This document shows, piece after piece, positions 45,473 through 54,919 of a stretch of 55,445 bases of DNA (position 1 is the first letter of the stretch; each line of letters begins with the position of its first letter). The notes under the pieces are model-generated. The model was not told the DNA's origin, did no database searches, and worked only from the letters and a program-made list of their open reading frames with translations. The position numbers were made by a program, and so were the translations under genes. The stretch is from a virus (Duplodnaviria > Caudoviricetes), in IMG/VR virus record IMGVR_UViG_3300047407_000019, positions 1-55,445 of that record; one strand, given 5' to 3'.

Positions 45473-48400
45473 GTGGCACAACCGTCACCAGATATACGTC
45501 AGCAACTGGCCAGACTGAAGGCTGAGTTCAAGATCAAGGCCGAGCAGGGTGAGAGGCAAAAGAGGGCCATAGAGAATGCTGAGAGGGTAGCTGGTCAGCC
45601 GGTGGTGTTACCGACAGACAAGAAGGCCAAGGGTGGCTTAGAGGAATCCGACTATCGCAGTAGCCACATTGCCCCAGGCCCTAACTTCGGTGCCCCAATG
45701 CATGATGTGACTCGGGATATGTATCCCAAAGACTTCTATGGCCCTAATGGGTTTCGCTACTATGCCGACTTTGGTGAGCACCACGACCGCGAGGCTTATG
45801 ACAAAGTCAGGCGAGTCAAAGATAAGCCAGAAGAAACGGTATGGATTCATCGAGCAATTCCAACTAAGGTGTATAAAGAGGCGCTGAAAAAAGAATCGCC
45901 ACTTAATCACATGATCCGCAAAGGCGACTGGGTAGCCATCAGCAAGCAATACGCCAAAGACCATGGTGAAAGTGTCTTGCTTGGAGACTACAAGATTGCC
46001 TCAATGCGCGTCCCTGCCAAGCACGTCTGGACGAATGGTGACTCAGTCCACGAGTGGGGCTATCACCCAGTAGAGTCCAAAGCTCAAGGTGGAAGCGCTT
46101 CCACTCCAAGCATAGATGTCATGCGCCTAGCCATTGGTGGACAGGGCCCCAGGAACTGGCTCAAAGGGTCTGTGGAGAAGGTGACTGAGCCGTTAAAACA
46201 AAAGTTAATTTCAGGCACTGACCCTGCGGATGCACTCAAGCAACTGCAAGATCAATATCCTGCAGAGGTAATGCAAAATCTTCCCGCAAACAGTAGAGCT
46301 AGTGTTGAACGATCTTTGCATTCAGTTGGTCGAATGAACGCCATGAACCAATGGATCGAGCGCAACCTTGGAAACTACATTCGCAAGCAGATGGGTTCAC
46401 ACAATGACCCAATCCGCAAGGTGGCTGAAGAGGGCGTCATACATACTGATCCTGAAAATGTGGCCATCATTGGTGGGCATAACACACCACATGAGTATGC
46501 TGAAAGCCGCAGGCAGATGCTAGGTGGTGAGCAGTTGGGCAAAGGTGCATTGGCTCGGGCTTGGGAAGATGCTGTGGACTCAAGGTTTGAGCCGCATAGC
46601 ATTGAAGACATAATGAGACTGCCTGAGATGTACCATGATTTGATCGAACCATGGATGCACAAAGCTGATCCCAAGACCATGGTGTATGAGCCCTATGCTT
46701 TTGATGAGTTGGGTTTTGACCACATTGTGGACATCTTGAAACAAGACTTGGCAGAGGGCCGTATCCGTCCTGAGCAGTTGAGCAAGGTGAGCATTGAGCA
46801 GGCCGTTCGGCGTACCCATGAGTTCGACCAGGCTCAGAAAAAGAAGATGGCCGAGACGGCACTCAAGGCTACTGAGGGCATGCCTGTCCACAAGGACTAT
46901 GGGAATGGGTACAAGTGGATTGAGTTGACCAAACCAAACTTGAAAGAATTGCCTGAAGGCTATCAAGTTAAGCACACCTCACACAATTTGCCTTACTTGG
47001 TAAATCCAGAGGGCTTGAATGTTGGATACTTTGAAGAGGGCGCTGGAATGAGTGGTGCCCTTGATAGATTGTCAGAAGACAAACTCAAAGAAGCTCTCAA
47101 GTACGAAGGCGACACCATGGGCCACTGCGTCGGTGGCTATTGCCCTGATGTGGCATCTGGCCAAACCCGCATCTTCAGCCTGCGTGACGCAAAGAACGAG
47201 CCCCATGTGACTGTGGAGGTTAAACCGCCAAAGAGATATGACGAAGAAGATGTCATCAGGCAATTCCCCGGAGGTGTTACTGATGCGATGAAGCAGGGAG
47301 ATGTTGGTGGACAAAAATACATAGCCAATAAACTGGCTGAAATGAACGACCCAAATAGACCGCACGCCATTAAACAAATCAAAGGCAAAGGCAACGCCAA
47401 GCCCAAGAAGGACTACATCCCTTATGTTCAGGACTTCGTGAAGAGCGGCAACTGGTCAGAAGTTGGTGACTTGAAGAACACTGACCTGATCAAGCATGAA
47501 GGCAAATACCTGACACCAGATGAGCATTCAGACTATTTGCTGAGTCAACTTCAGCCCCAAAAGAAAGCCCAAGGAGGCAACGTGCAACCCACACAAGCCC
47601 AGATGAGATTAGCCCTGATGAAGGGCAACCCAATGACCATACAGAGCATTGGAGCGAACGAAGCACCTGACATGAGCCCCAAGACCTATCTGCCGCCAGA
47701 CAAGCAGACGGGTCAATTTGTTCCTCCTGGAGGGGCACAACTGCCTGCTGGTGGGGTAGATATGAGCCAACAGCCTGGACAACAGTTGATGCCTCAGAAC
47801 ATGGCTCAGAACGCACCACAGCCGATGCAACAACCTACTGGTCAGCAACCACAGATGCCGCAGGGGATGGGTCAGTCTCAACAGGGTAGTAATATCCTTC
47901 AGATGACACCGCAGGGTCAGACGATGGCGGCATTGCAACCGCAGGGGCAGCCACCTGGTATGGCCAAAGGTGGTACACCACCCGTTGAGCAAATGAAGGC
48001 TGAGTTGGCCAAGAAAAAGAAAAAAACAGCGCCGGCGCCCAAAGAGGTGTCGAACATCGATGATGAAGAGGAAGAAGAAAAAGCCCCGGCAAAGCGCATC
48101 CTGGTCAAAGGCACTGGCCCTGGCGGCGTGACCGGCATTGTCATCCCTCACCACATGCTACATGGCCGCAGTTGGATATCCAAGAAGACCGGCGAGAAAG
48201 TTGTCGTGCCTGGCCTCAAGGACATCAACAAAGCCCGTGCCAAAGTCTATGGCGCTGAGAACCGTGACCCGTTGACCATTGGTCAGATGGGCCGCATTCA
48301 CAAAGATACCTTGGACGAGCACTTTGCCAAACCGATCAAAGAGCAACTGGCTGCCGAGAAGGAAGCCCTTGCAAGACTGCGCGAGGCCAAACACATCGGC

Positions 48401-49942
48401 CACAAAGCCAACACCCTGGACGAGTCAGAGAAGCTGGACACCGTGCGCCACGAGTACGACGAGCAAGGACGTCCCCACGTTGGCTATGCATCCAAAGGTG
48501 TGGCAGGCCACGCCCTGTACATCTCTGGCCATGGTAAAGACGCCAAGTACCACATCCTCAACACCTGTCCTGGCCAGGTCGAAGGCTGCGGCGGTGGCAC
48601 TGATGCCAATGGCGTTGTGGACACCAGCAAGGGCACATGCTTTGCACCTGGCGCTGAATCACAGTACGTCCACGCTGCGGTGCGTCGTGCATCCCATACC
48701 CAGGCCAAGCACGACCCAGCCATGACCCGTGACTGGATCTTGGCTCACGCTGGATCAATGCGCGGTGCTGCGAACAAAGCCGACAAGAACAACGAGCGCC
48801 TGTTGTTCCGTCCCAACGTGGTGGACGAGACCGACGTGTCATCTGATCACTTGATCGGCCTGCTCAATGACCAGCGCGCTCAAGAAGAGAAGCCACCGAT
48901 CATCTCAAACGCCTACAGCAAGACCAACTCAAAGCACGACCCAGAGAACGGCATCTACAAGACGCACTCAAACGTCGGACCCAAGGTCAAGCATGGCCAC
49001 GAGATCGAGACCAACATTGGCCGCGACGCCGCACGAGTTCGTGAGACCGTCAACGCTGCCGACAACCGTGGCGACTACATCAACAAGAATGGCAACCTCA
49101 CACCACCCAAGGGCACATACCTGGTGACTGATGTCAAGCGCAACTCACCTCTGAGCAAACAGATGGAGGAGCACATCACCCATGCCAAGTACTGGACCAC
49201 TGGTCGCGAAGCAAACGAATTGAGCCCTCAGGAGCACGACGAGGGCCCAGAAGGCCACTTTGGACCATCAGGTAAGCCCACCACACCCGAAAAGGCCCAC
49301 TATGGCCACACCACCGTCAACGGTCGCCGCTACGACTATCAAAAGCAGCATGTCCTGCACCCCCGTTTGGTGAACGTGCCAGAGCGCAAGAAGGACAAGA
49401 AAACCGGCGAGATCAAAACCGTGGATCACATGATCCCAACCGACTCGCGGTTCATGGACACCAACTTCTTGCCAAAGAATCGCTACAAGACCAAGAACGG
49501 CAAAGAAGCTGGCCACATCCTGATGACCACGCCCACCGAGTCGACCAGCAACTTGGGCCATGAGACATCGTTCACGCACAACGTCAACCAGCAAAGCATT
49601 AAGCATGCAATGGAAAACAATGGCGAGTATGAGATCGACAACCCAATGAAGCAAGAAGCTGCGCGAGGCAAAGAGTACAAAGCACCTGTAGCCCCACAAA
49701 AGATCAGCATACCCAAGACTTGGAAACTGGCTGTTGGTGGCAGCGTCACGCATGAGCGTCACCCCGGCTATGAAGACGACAACTTCCACGCCTTCCCAGA
49801 ACAAAACGTGGCCGCACAACGCCATCTAGCAATGCGCCTTGGTGATGACGAAGAAATGCCACGCAAAACAAAATACAAACAGCCAGTGTCGTTTCACAAA
49901 AACATTGACACAATGCGCCTTGAATTGATGAGGAATAAATGA
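45473..49942 (+). CDS. Large multi-module ('polyvalent') protein including a PcfJ-like domain and a Cys-containing Gp88-like region
   Basis: EGDTMGHCVGGY...IFSLRD.KNEPHVTVEV...QIKGKGN (PcfJ-like); NTCPG..GC...CFA; modules separated by AxGG. Confidence 0.7.
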   Translation: MAQPSPDIRQQLARLKAEFKIKAEQGERQKRAIENAERVAGQPVVLPTDKKAKGGLEESDYRSSHIAPGPNFGAPMHDVTRDMYPKDFYGPNGFRYYADFGEHHDREAYDKVRRVKDKPEETVWIHRAIPTKVYKEALKKESPLNHMIRKGDWVAISKQYAKDHGESVLLGDYKIASMRVPAKHVWTNGDSVHEWGYHPVESKAQGGSASTPSIDVMRLAIGGQGPRNWLKGSVEKVTEPLKQKLISGTDPADALKQLQDQYPAEVMQNLPANSRASVERSLHSVGRMNAMNQWIERNLGNYIRKQMGSHNDPIRKVAEEGVIHTDPENVAIIGGHNTPHEYAESRRQMLGGEQLGKGALARAWEDAVDSRFEPHSIEDIMRLPEMYHDLIEPWMHKADPKTMVYEPYAFDELGFDHIVDILKQDLAEGRIRPEQLSKVSIEQAVRRTHEFDQAQKKKMAETALKATEGMPVHKDYGNGYKWIELTKPNLKELPEGYQVKHTSHNLPYLVNPEGLNVGYFEEGAGMSGALDRLSEDKLKEALKYEGDTMGHCVGGYCPDVASGQTRIFSLRDAKNEPHVTVEVKPPKRYDEEDVIRQFPGGVTDAMKQGDVGGQKYIANKLAEMNDPNRPHAIKQIKGKGNAKPKKDYIPYVQDFVKSGNWSEVGDLKNTDLIKHEGKYLTPDEHSDYLLSQLQPQKKAQGGNVQPTQAQMRLALMKGNPMTIQSIGANEAPDMSPKTYLPPDKQTGQFVPPGGAQLPAGGVDMSQQPGQQLMPQNMAQNAPQPMQQPTGQQPQMPQGMGQSQQGSNILQMTPQGQTMAALQPQGQPPGMAKGGTPPVEQMKAELAKKKKKTAPAPKEVSNIDDEEEEEKAPAKRILVKGTGPGGVTGIVIPHHMLHGRSWISKKTGEKVVVPGLKDINKARAKVYGAENRDPLTIGQMGRIHKDTLDEHFAKPIKEQLAAEKEALARLREAKHIGHKANTLDESEKLDTVRHEYDEQGRPHVGYASKGVAGHALYISGHGKDAKYHILNTCPGQVEGCGGGTDANGVVDTSKGTCFAPGAESQYVHAAVRRASHTQAKHDPAMTRDWILAHAGSMRGAANKADKNNERLLFRPNVVDETDVSSDHLIGLLNDQRAQEEKPPIISNAYSKTNSKHDPENGIYKTHSNVGPKVKHGHEIETNIGRDAARVRETVNAADNRGDYINKNGNLTPPKGTYLVTDVKRNSPLSKQMEEHITHAKYWTTGREANELSPQEHDEGPEGHFGPSGKPTTPEKAHYGHTTVNGRRYDYQKQHVLHPRLVNVPERKKDKKTGEIKTVDHMIPTDSRFMDTNFLPKNRYKTKNGKEAGHILMTTPTESTSNLGHETSFTHNVNQQSIKHAMENNGEYEIDNPMKQEAARGKEYKAPVAPQKISIPKTWKLAVGGSVTHERHPGYEDDNFHAFPEQNVAAQRHLAMRLGDDEEMPRKTKYKQPVSFHKNIDTMRLELMRNK
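46089..46104. repeat. Palindrome copy 10 (exact)
   Basis: Reads GGSAST. Confidence 0.95.
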
Positions 49943-52476
49943 TGGACGAAAACCAAGACGAACTACAGATCGACGAACAGGAAGATGGGTCAGCGGTAGT
50001 TGACCTTCCTGAGATCGAGACTGAAGAGCAACCTGACGGCTCGGCCATCATCACAATGGAAGACGGGCCTGAGTTCAATCCCGACTTCTATGACAATTTG
50101 GCTGACAGCATCAACCCTGGGACGTTGTCTTCATTGGCTTTCCGTTACCTTGATCTGATTGAGACGGACAAGGAAGCCCGAAGCCTGCGCGACAAGCAGT
50201 ATGAAGAGGGCATCAAGCGCACTGGCATGGGCAATGATGCTCCTGGTGGTGCGACCTTCATGGGGGCAAGTAAGGTGGTGCACCCTGCCATGGCAGAGGG
50301 TTGTGTTGACTTTGCCGCTAGGGCGATCAAAGAGTTGTTTCCACCTGATGGACCTGTCAAGACCAAAGTTTTGGGCAAGATGGATCAAGTGAAGTCAGAC
50401 ACCGCTGAGAGGAAGCGAGACTTCCTGAACTGGCAGATCACTGAGCAGATTGAAGAGTTCCGGGATGAGCAAGAGCAGTTGCTGACCCAGTTGCCTTTGG
50501 GTGGATCGCAGTATTTCAAGCTATGGTTTGATGAGGAGAAGAAGCGCCCTGTGGTGGAATTTCTTCCAATTGACCGGGTGATTTTGCCGTTTGCCGCAAC
50601 TAACTTCTACACGGCTCAACGTGCCGCAGAGGTTCATGAGATCACGGCATATGAACTCGAGCGCCGAGTCAGAACGGGGATGTACCGCGACATCAGCTAC
50701 ATCAAAGCCACTCAGACCTTGGAACAAAACAAGGTTGAGCAGGCCAACAACAAGGTTGAAGGCAAGGTATTTGAAGACAACAAGGATGGACTGAGAAAGG
50801 TCTATCACATCTATACCTGGTTGGAGCTTGAGGATGACAAGCGCACCAAAGGCAAGATGGCACCATACATCTTGATGATTGATGAGCTTGAGAATGAAGT
50901 GTTGGGCTTGTACCGCAACTGGGAAGAGTCAGACAAGACGATGACCAAGTTGGACTGGGTTGTGGAGTTCAAGTTCATTCCATGGAGGGGTGCATATGCA
51001 ATTGGTTTACCTCATCTCATTGGTGGTCTTAGTGCCGCTCTCACTGGTAGCCTGCGTGCTTTGCTTGATTCTGCTCACATTAACAACGCAGCCACTATGC
51101 TGAAGTTGAAGGGTGCCAAGATCAGCGGCCAAAGCCAGCAGGTCGATGTCACCCAGATTGTGGAGATTGAGGGAGCACCAGGGGTGCAGGACATTCGGCA
51201 GATTGCCATGCCGATGCCATTCAACCCACCTAGTCAAGTGCTGTTTGAACTCTTGGGATGGTTGGACACGGCCGCCAAGGGGGTGGTGACCACCAGCGAG
51301 GAGAAGATTGCTGATGTCAATGCCAATGCACCTGTGGGGACTACACAGGCTTTGATTGAGCAGGGTGCGGCGGTGTTCTCGGCCATTCATGCTCGGTTGC
51401 ATGATAGTCAAGCTCGAGTGCTGAAGATTCTGTGCCGCCTGAACCGTTGGCACTTTGATGAGATGCAAAAGGGCGATGTGGTGGCTGATCTGGACATTGT
51501 CCGAGAGGACTTTGCCAGAAACACCGATGTGGTGCCTGTGAGCGATCCCCACATCTTTTCTGAGACTCAGAGGATGGCTCAGATGCAAGCCGTTCTGGCG
51601 CGTGTCAAAGAGGCTCCAGACCTATACAACCGCAGTGCAGTAGAACAGCGTTTCTTGAAGCAGTTGAAGGTTCCGAACACCAATGAGTTGTTGAAGGACA
51701 CTCCGGCGCCAGAACAGCGCACTAGTGCGGATGAGAATGCGGCTATGTTGTTGGGTCAGCCGGCATATGCGTATTTGCAGCAAGATCACATTGCTCACAT
51801 CCAAGATCATTTGCAATTTGCGATGAATCCATTTTTGGGTCAGTCGCCATTTGCTGATCCGTCCTATCTGAACAACAACATTGAGCACATCAAACAGCAC
51901 ATGACGCTGTGGTATTTGAATCGCTCAAATGGGTATGTTGAGTCCAGCATGCACAAGCCTGTGACCAACTATGAAGACCCGAATATGACTTCGACGTATG
52001 ACAAGTTGTACACCACAGTGGGTGCACATGTCATGATGGATGTTCAGCAAATCTTTGGTCAGTTTGCGCCGGCATTCCAGCAGTTGATTCAGATGGCTCA
52101 ACAACGCACACAGTCTCAACAGCAAGTGTTGCCTCCTGATGCACAGGTGGTCAAAGACACGAGCATGGCAGAGACTCAGCGCAAGGCTCAGGCAGATCAA
52201 GCCAGACAGCAATTTGAGCAACAGAAGTTGCAATCAGACATGCAAAAGACTGTTCTTGAGAATCAGACGAAGATTGCGATTGAGAATGCCAAGATCACGC
52301 ATCAGGCGATCAATGACAATGCTGCCCAACAAAATGCCATGCAAATGCATGGAGCGGAGCAACAAACAGATTTGCAAAAGCATGCCATGACGCAAGACAC
52401 AGCCTTGCAACAAGCGGCTATGCAACAACCCGCGGCACCTGCCGCACAACCTCAAGGAGCCCCAAATGTCCAGTGA
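49939..52476 (+). CDS. Portal protein (P22-like, with Q-rich C-terminal barrel)
   Basis: F.GASKVVHP...E.CVDF.ARAIKELFPPDGPVKT, LPLGGSQYFK, GAYAIGLPHLIGGL, APVGTT.ALIEQG. Confidence 0.9.
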   Translation: MMDENQDELQIDEQEDGSAVVDLPEIETEEQPDGSAIITMEDGPEFNPDFYDNLADSINPGTLSSLAFRYLDLIETDKEARSLRDKQYEEGIKRTGMGNDAPGGATFMGASKVVHPAMAEGCVDFAARAIKELFPPDGPVKTKVLGKMDQVKSDTAERKRDFLNWQITEQIEEFRDEQEQLLTQLPLGGSQYFKLWFDEEKKRPVVEFLPIDRVILPFAATNFYTAQRAAEVHEITAYELERRVRTGMYRDISYIKATQTLEQNKVEQANNKVEGKVFEDNKDGLRKVYHIYTWLELEDDKRTKGKMAPYILMIDELENEVLGLYRNWEESDKTMTKLDWVVEFKFIPWRGAYAIGLPHLIGGLSAALTGSLRALLDSAHINNAATMLKLKGAKISGQSQQVDVTQIVEIEGAPGVQDIRQIAMPMPFNPPSQVLFELLGWLDTAAKGVVTTSEEKIADVNANAPVGTTQALIEQGAAVFSAIHARLHDSQARVLKILCRLNRWHFDEMQKGDVVADLDIVREDFARNTDVVPVSDPHIFSETQRMAQMQAVLARVKEAPDLYNRSAVEQRFLKQLKVPNTNELLKDTPAPEQRTSADENAAMLLGQPAYAYLQQDHIAHIQDHLQFAMNPFLGQSPFADPSYLNNNIEHIKQHMTLWYLNRSNGYVESSMHKPVTNYEDPNMTSTYDKLYTTVGAHVMMDVQQIFGQFAPAFQQLIQMAQQRTQSQQQVLPPDAQVVKDTSMAETQRKAQADQARQQFEQQKLQSDMQKTVLENQTKIAIENAKITHQAINDNAAQQNAMQMHGAEQQTDLQKHAMTQDTALQQAAMQQPAAPAAQPQGAPNVQ

Positions 52477-52618
52477 TAAAGAGCAAAAAGGCATTGACGT
52501 GCCGCAACACAAGCGCATCGCCATGGGCGAAAAGCTAGATGGCACGAGCTACAACCCCAAGGGTGGTAGTAAAAGCAACAAGCCTACTGGTGGCTTGTCG
52601 CATGTGAAGAAGAAATGA
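52466..52618 (+). CDS. Small basic protein, 50 aa (absent from ORF track)
   Basis: AAGGAG RBS; VPQHKRIAMGEKLDG; ends TGGLSHVKKK. Confidence 0.65.
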   Translation: MSSDKEQKGIDVPQHKRIAMGEKLDGTSYNPKGGSKSNKPTGGLSHVKKK

Positions 52619-52794
52619 TTGAAGCCCTCCTGCATAGGATTCGGCTCAAACAGGGCGAGATCAGCTACGCCCTAGCCACTGGGTCAGCAATGACCTGGGA
52701 GGCATACCAGAGGCTTGTTGGTGAACATCAGGGACTGCAAGATGTCTTGGATATGGTCAACAGCCTACTGGAAGAAGAACGAAACATGGAATGA
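52615..52794 (+). CDS. Small protein, 59 aa (absent from ORF track)
   Basis: LATG...W.AYQRLVG..QGL motif typical of the gene between portal and GroES. Confidence 0.7.
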   Translation: MIEALLHRIRLKQGEISYALATGSAMTWEAYQRLVGEHQGLQDVLDMVNSLLEEERNME

Positions 52795-52817
52795 TAGCCC
52801 CACTCCGGGGTGAGACC

Positions 52818-52857
52818 GCGCTGAAAAGCGCTTAATGATGCGCCTGAGATATGGCGT
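52818..52857 (+). promoter_or_regulatory. Two boxB-like RNA hairpins upstream of groES
   Basis: GCGC-TGAAAA-GCGC and GCGCC-TGAGATAT-GGCGT. Confidence 0.45.
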
Positions 52858-52871
52858 GAAGGAGAGAGAGT

Positions 52872-53339
52872 GTGAATGCAGTAGAAGAGAAGCAACACAT
52901 TGTTGCGTTTGAGGCATCGAATGATGCGCCAGACCCGGCAGACCTTGCCTGGGCTTTTCCTGATGTCAAACCTGGCATGGAGCCCTTTGGTGGGCGAGTG
53001 ATCATCCAACTGCGTCGGATTAAAAAGAAGACCGCGGGAAAGATCATCCTTGTTGAGGAGACCAAGGAGAACGAAAAGTGGAACAACATGATCGGCAAGA
53101 TCGTGGCAATTGGTCCATTGGCGTTCAAAAACAGGGACACAATGCAACCATGGCCAGAGGGAACTTGGGCTCAGGTTGATGACTATGTCCGAGTGCCCAA
53201 ATGGGGTGGTGATCGATGGGAAATTAAGGTCCCAGGCTCAGATGACCATGAAGACCCCGTGCTTTTCATGACCCTCAATGATCACGAACTGATCGCCAAG
53301 GTCACAAGCAACCCACTTTCTTTCAAAGCCTACGTCTGA
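52872..53339 (+). CDS. groES: GroES-like co-chaperonin
   Basis: P.GGRVIIQ...KTAGKIIL.E.TKE...GKIVAIGPLAF...W..V.DYVRVPKWGG...LNDHELIA. Confidence 0.85.
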   Translation: MNAVEEKQHIVAFEASNDAPDPADLAWAFPDVKPGMEPFGGRVIIQLRRIKKKTAGKIILVEETKENEKWNNMIGKIVAIGPLAFKNRDTMQPWPEGTWAQVDDYVRVPKWGGDRWEIKVPGSDDHEDPVLFMTLNDHELIAKVTSNPLSFKAYV

Positions 53340-53349
53340 GGAGTGAAAA

Positions 53350-54342
53350 ATGGCTGATCCGAACGATAAACAAGAAGATTTGGCGATTGTTGAGGGCCAA
53401 GATGGCTCGGCAACCGTTGATTTGCCTGAGAATTTGCTCTCTGAGGGCGATTTTGAAGGTCAAAATGCACCTGCAGAGGAAAAAGCAGAGGGTGGAAGCG
53501 CTTCCACTGATGATGATGACCATCCTGATGATGATGATGACCTCAGACAGGCCAAACGCAACCGCCGTCGGGCTAAAAAGGACTTGATTCGTAAGACAAA
53601 TCAGGAAAAAGACGTCCGATTGCAGCAACTCCAGCGTGAAAATGAGGAATTCAAACGCCGTTTGAGCCAGTTGGAGCGCAACACCAAGGCTGAACACATC
53701 ACCCGACTGGATAAAAACATTGAGGATGCCCAGGTTCAACTGGAATATGCCAAGATGAAGCTGTCGGAGGCCACATCGAACAACGATGGGCAGGCCATGG
53801 TGGAAGCTCAGACCCTGTGGCACAACGCTCAGGAACAGGTCAGGAACCTTCAGGGAATGCGCCAGAGGGCAGATGCTGAATTGCGCCAACCGCAACAGCA
53901 AGCACCCCAGATTGACCCTTTAATCCAGCGCAATGCCGCCAACTGGATGAAGCGCAATAGCTGGTACAACCCTTCGGCTACAGACCCTGATAGTCGGATT
54001 GCCAAAAGCATCGATGAAAAGATGTCTTCAGAGGGTTGGGATGCCACTGACCCCGATTATTTTGATGAGTTGGATAGCCGTTTGCAAAAGGTATTGCCCC
54101 ATCGTTACAATGAATCCAATGACGACGATTCGCGTCAAGTCAGACGACCGAGGAATGTTGTGGGAAGTTCAGGACGTGAGGCTTCAGCCGCATATGGGGG
54201 TACAAACCGTACGCAGTTCGTCCTTTCGCCTGATCGGGTGAAAGCGATGAAAGATGCGGGTGCTTGGGACAACCCCGAGCGCAAAGCACGAATGATCAAG
54301 AACTTCATCGAATTTGATCGCCGCAATGGCGTTCGCAACTAA
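53350..54342 (+). CDS. Capsid scaffolding protein (putative)
   Basis: Acidic N-terminus, long coiled coil, W..RN.WY and YFDELD.RL motifs; upstream of the capsid genes. Confidence 0.7.
   Translation: MADPNDKQEDLAIVEGQDGSATVDLPENLLSEGDFEGQNAPAEEKAEGGSASTDDDDHPDDDDDLRQAKRNRRRAKKDLIRKTNQEKDVRLQQLQRENEEFKRRLSQLERNTKAEHITRLDKNIEDAQVQLEYAKMKLSEATSNNDGQAMVEAQTLWHNAQEQVRNLQGMRQRADAELRQPQQQAPQIDPLIQRNAANWMKRNSWYNPSATDPDSRIAKSIDEKMSSEGWDATDPDYFDELDSRLQKVLPHRYNESNDDDSRQVRRPRNVVGSSGREASAAYGGTNRTQFVLSPDRVKAMKDAGAWDNPERKARMIKNFIEFDRRNGVRN
53492..53507. repeat. Palindrome copy 11 (exact)
   Basis: Reads GGSAST. Confidence 0.95.
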
Positions 54343-54357
54343 TCCAAGGGGAAAGAC

Positions 54358-54906
54358 ATGACTGAATCACGACTCAAAAAATCTCTGAATGCAGGTGGTC
54401 GCCATGATCGCTCAAGCGAGGACGCTGGCCGCTCTGCACCAGAAGAAAAGTTCATTTCTACGCAGGAACGTCGCAAGATGTGGAGCGAGGAGTGGACGCA
54501 ATCAGCATTGCCAAAACTGCCGTCTTTGGACGGATGGCACCTTTGCTGGCTCTCGACAACCAACAGCTACGACAGCATTGATAAGCGGATGCGCCTTGGG
54601 TACGTTCCCGTGAAAGCGGATGAGTTACCGGGCTATGAAGACTATCGCGTGAAGTCGGGTGAGCATGTTGGTCACATCTCTTGCAACGAGATGCTGTTGT
54701 TCAAACTGCCCATGGATATCTACCAAGAGGTCATGCTTCACATGCACCACGAGAAACCTCGTGAGGAAGCAGAGAAGATCAAGGTCCAAATGGAAAATCT
54801 CCAAGGTCAGCGTGACTCCAACGGTCGCCCATTGCTGAGTGTCGAAGGCGAAGGCTTTGGCTCTATTGAACAGCAACCCAATCGCAACCCCGTTTTCACG
54901 GGATAA
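54358..54906 (+). CDS. Conserved head-module protein
   Basis: GWHLCWLSTTN.YD.IDKR.RLGY.PVKA.EL, CNEMLLFKLP. Confidence 0.75.
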   Translation: MTESRLKKSLNAGGRHDRSSEDAGRSAPEEKFISTQERRKMWSEEWTQSALPKLPSLDGWHLCWLSTTNSYDSIDKRMRLGYVPVKADELPGYEDYRVKSGEHVGHISCNEMLLFKLPMDIYQEVMLHMHHEKPREEAEKIKVQMENLQGQRDSNGRPLLSVEGEGFGSIEQQPNRNPVFTG

Positions 54907-54919
54907 CAAGGAGTTTTAA

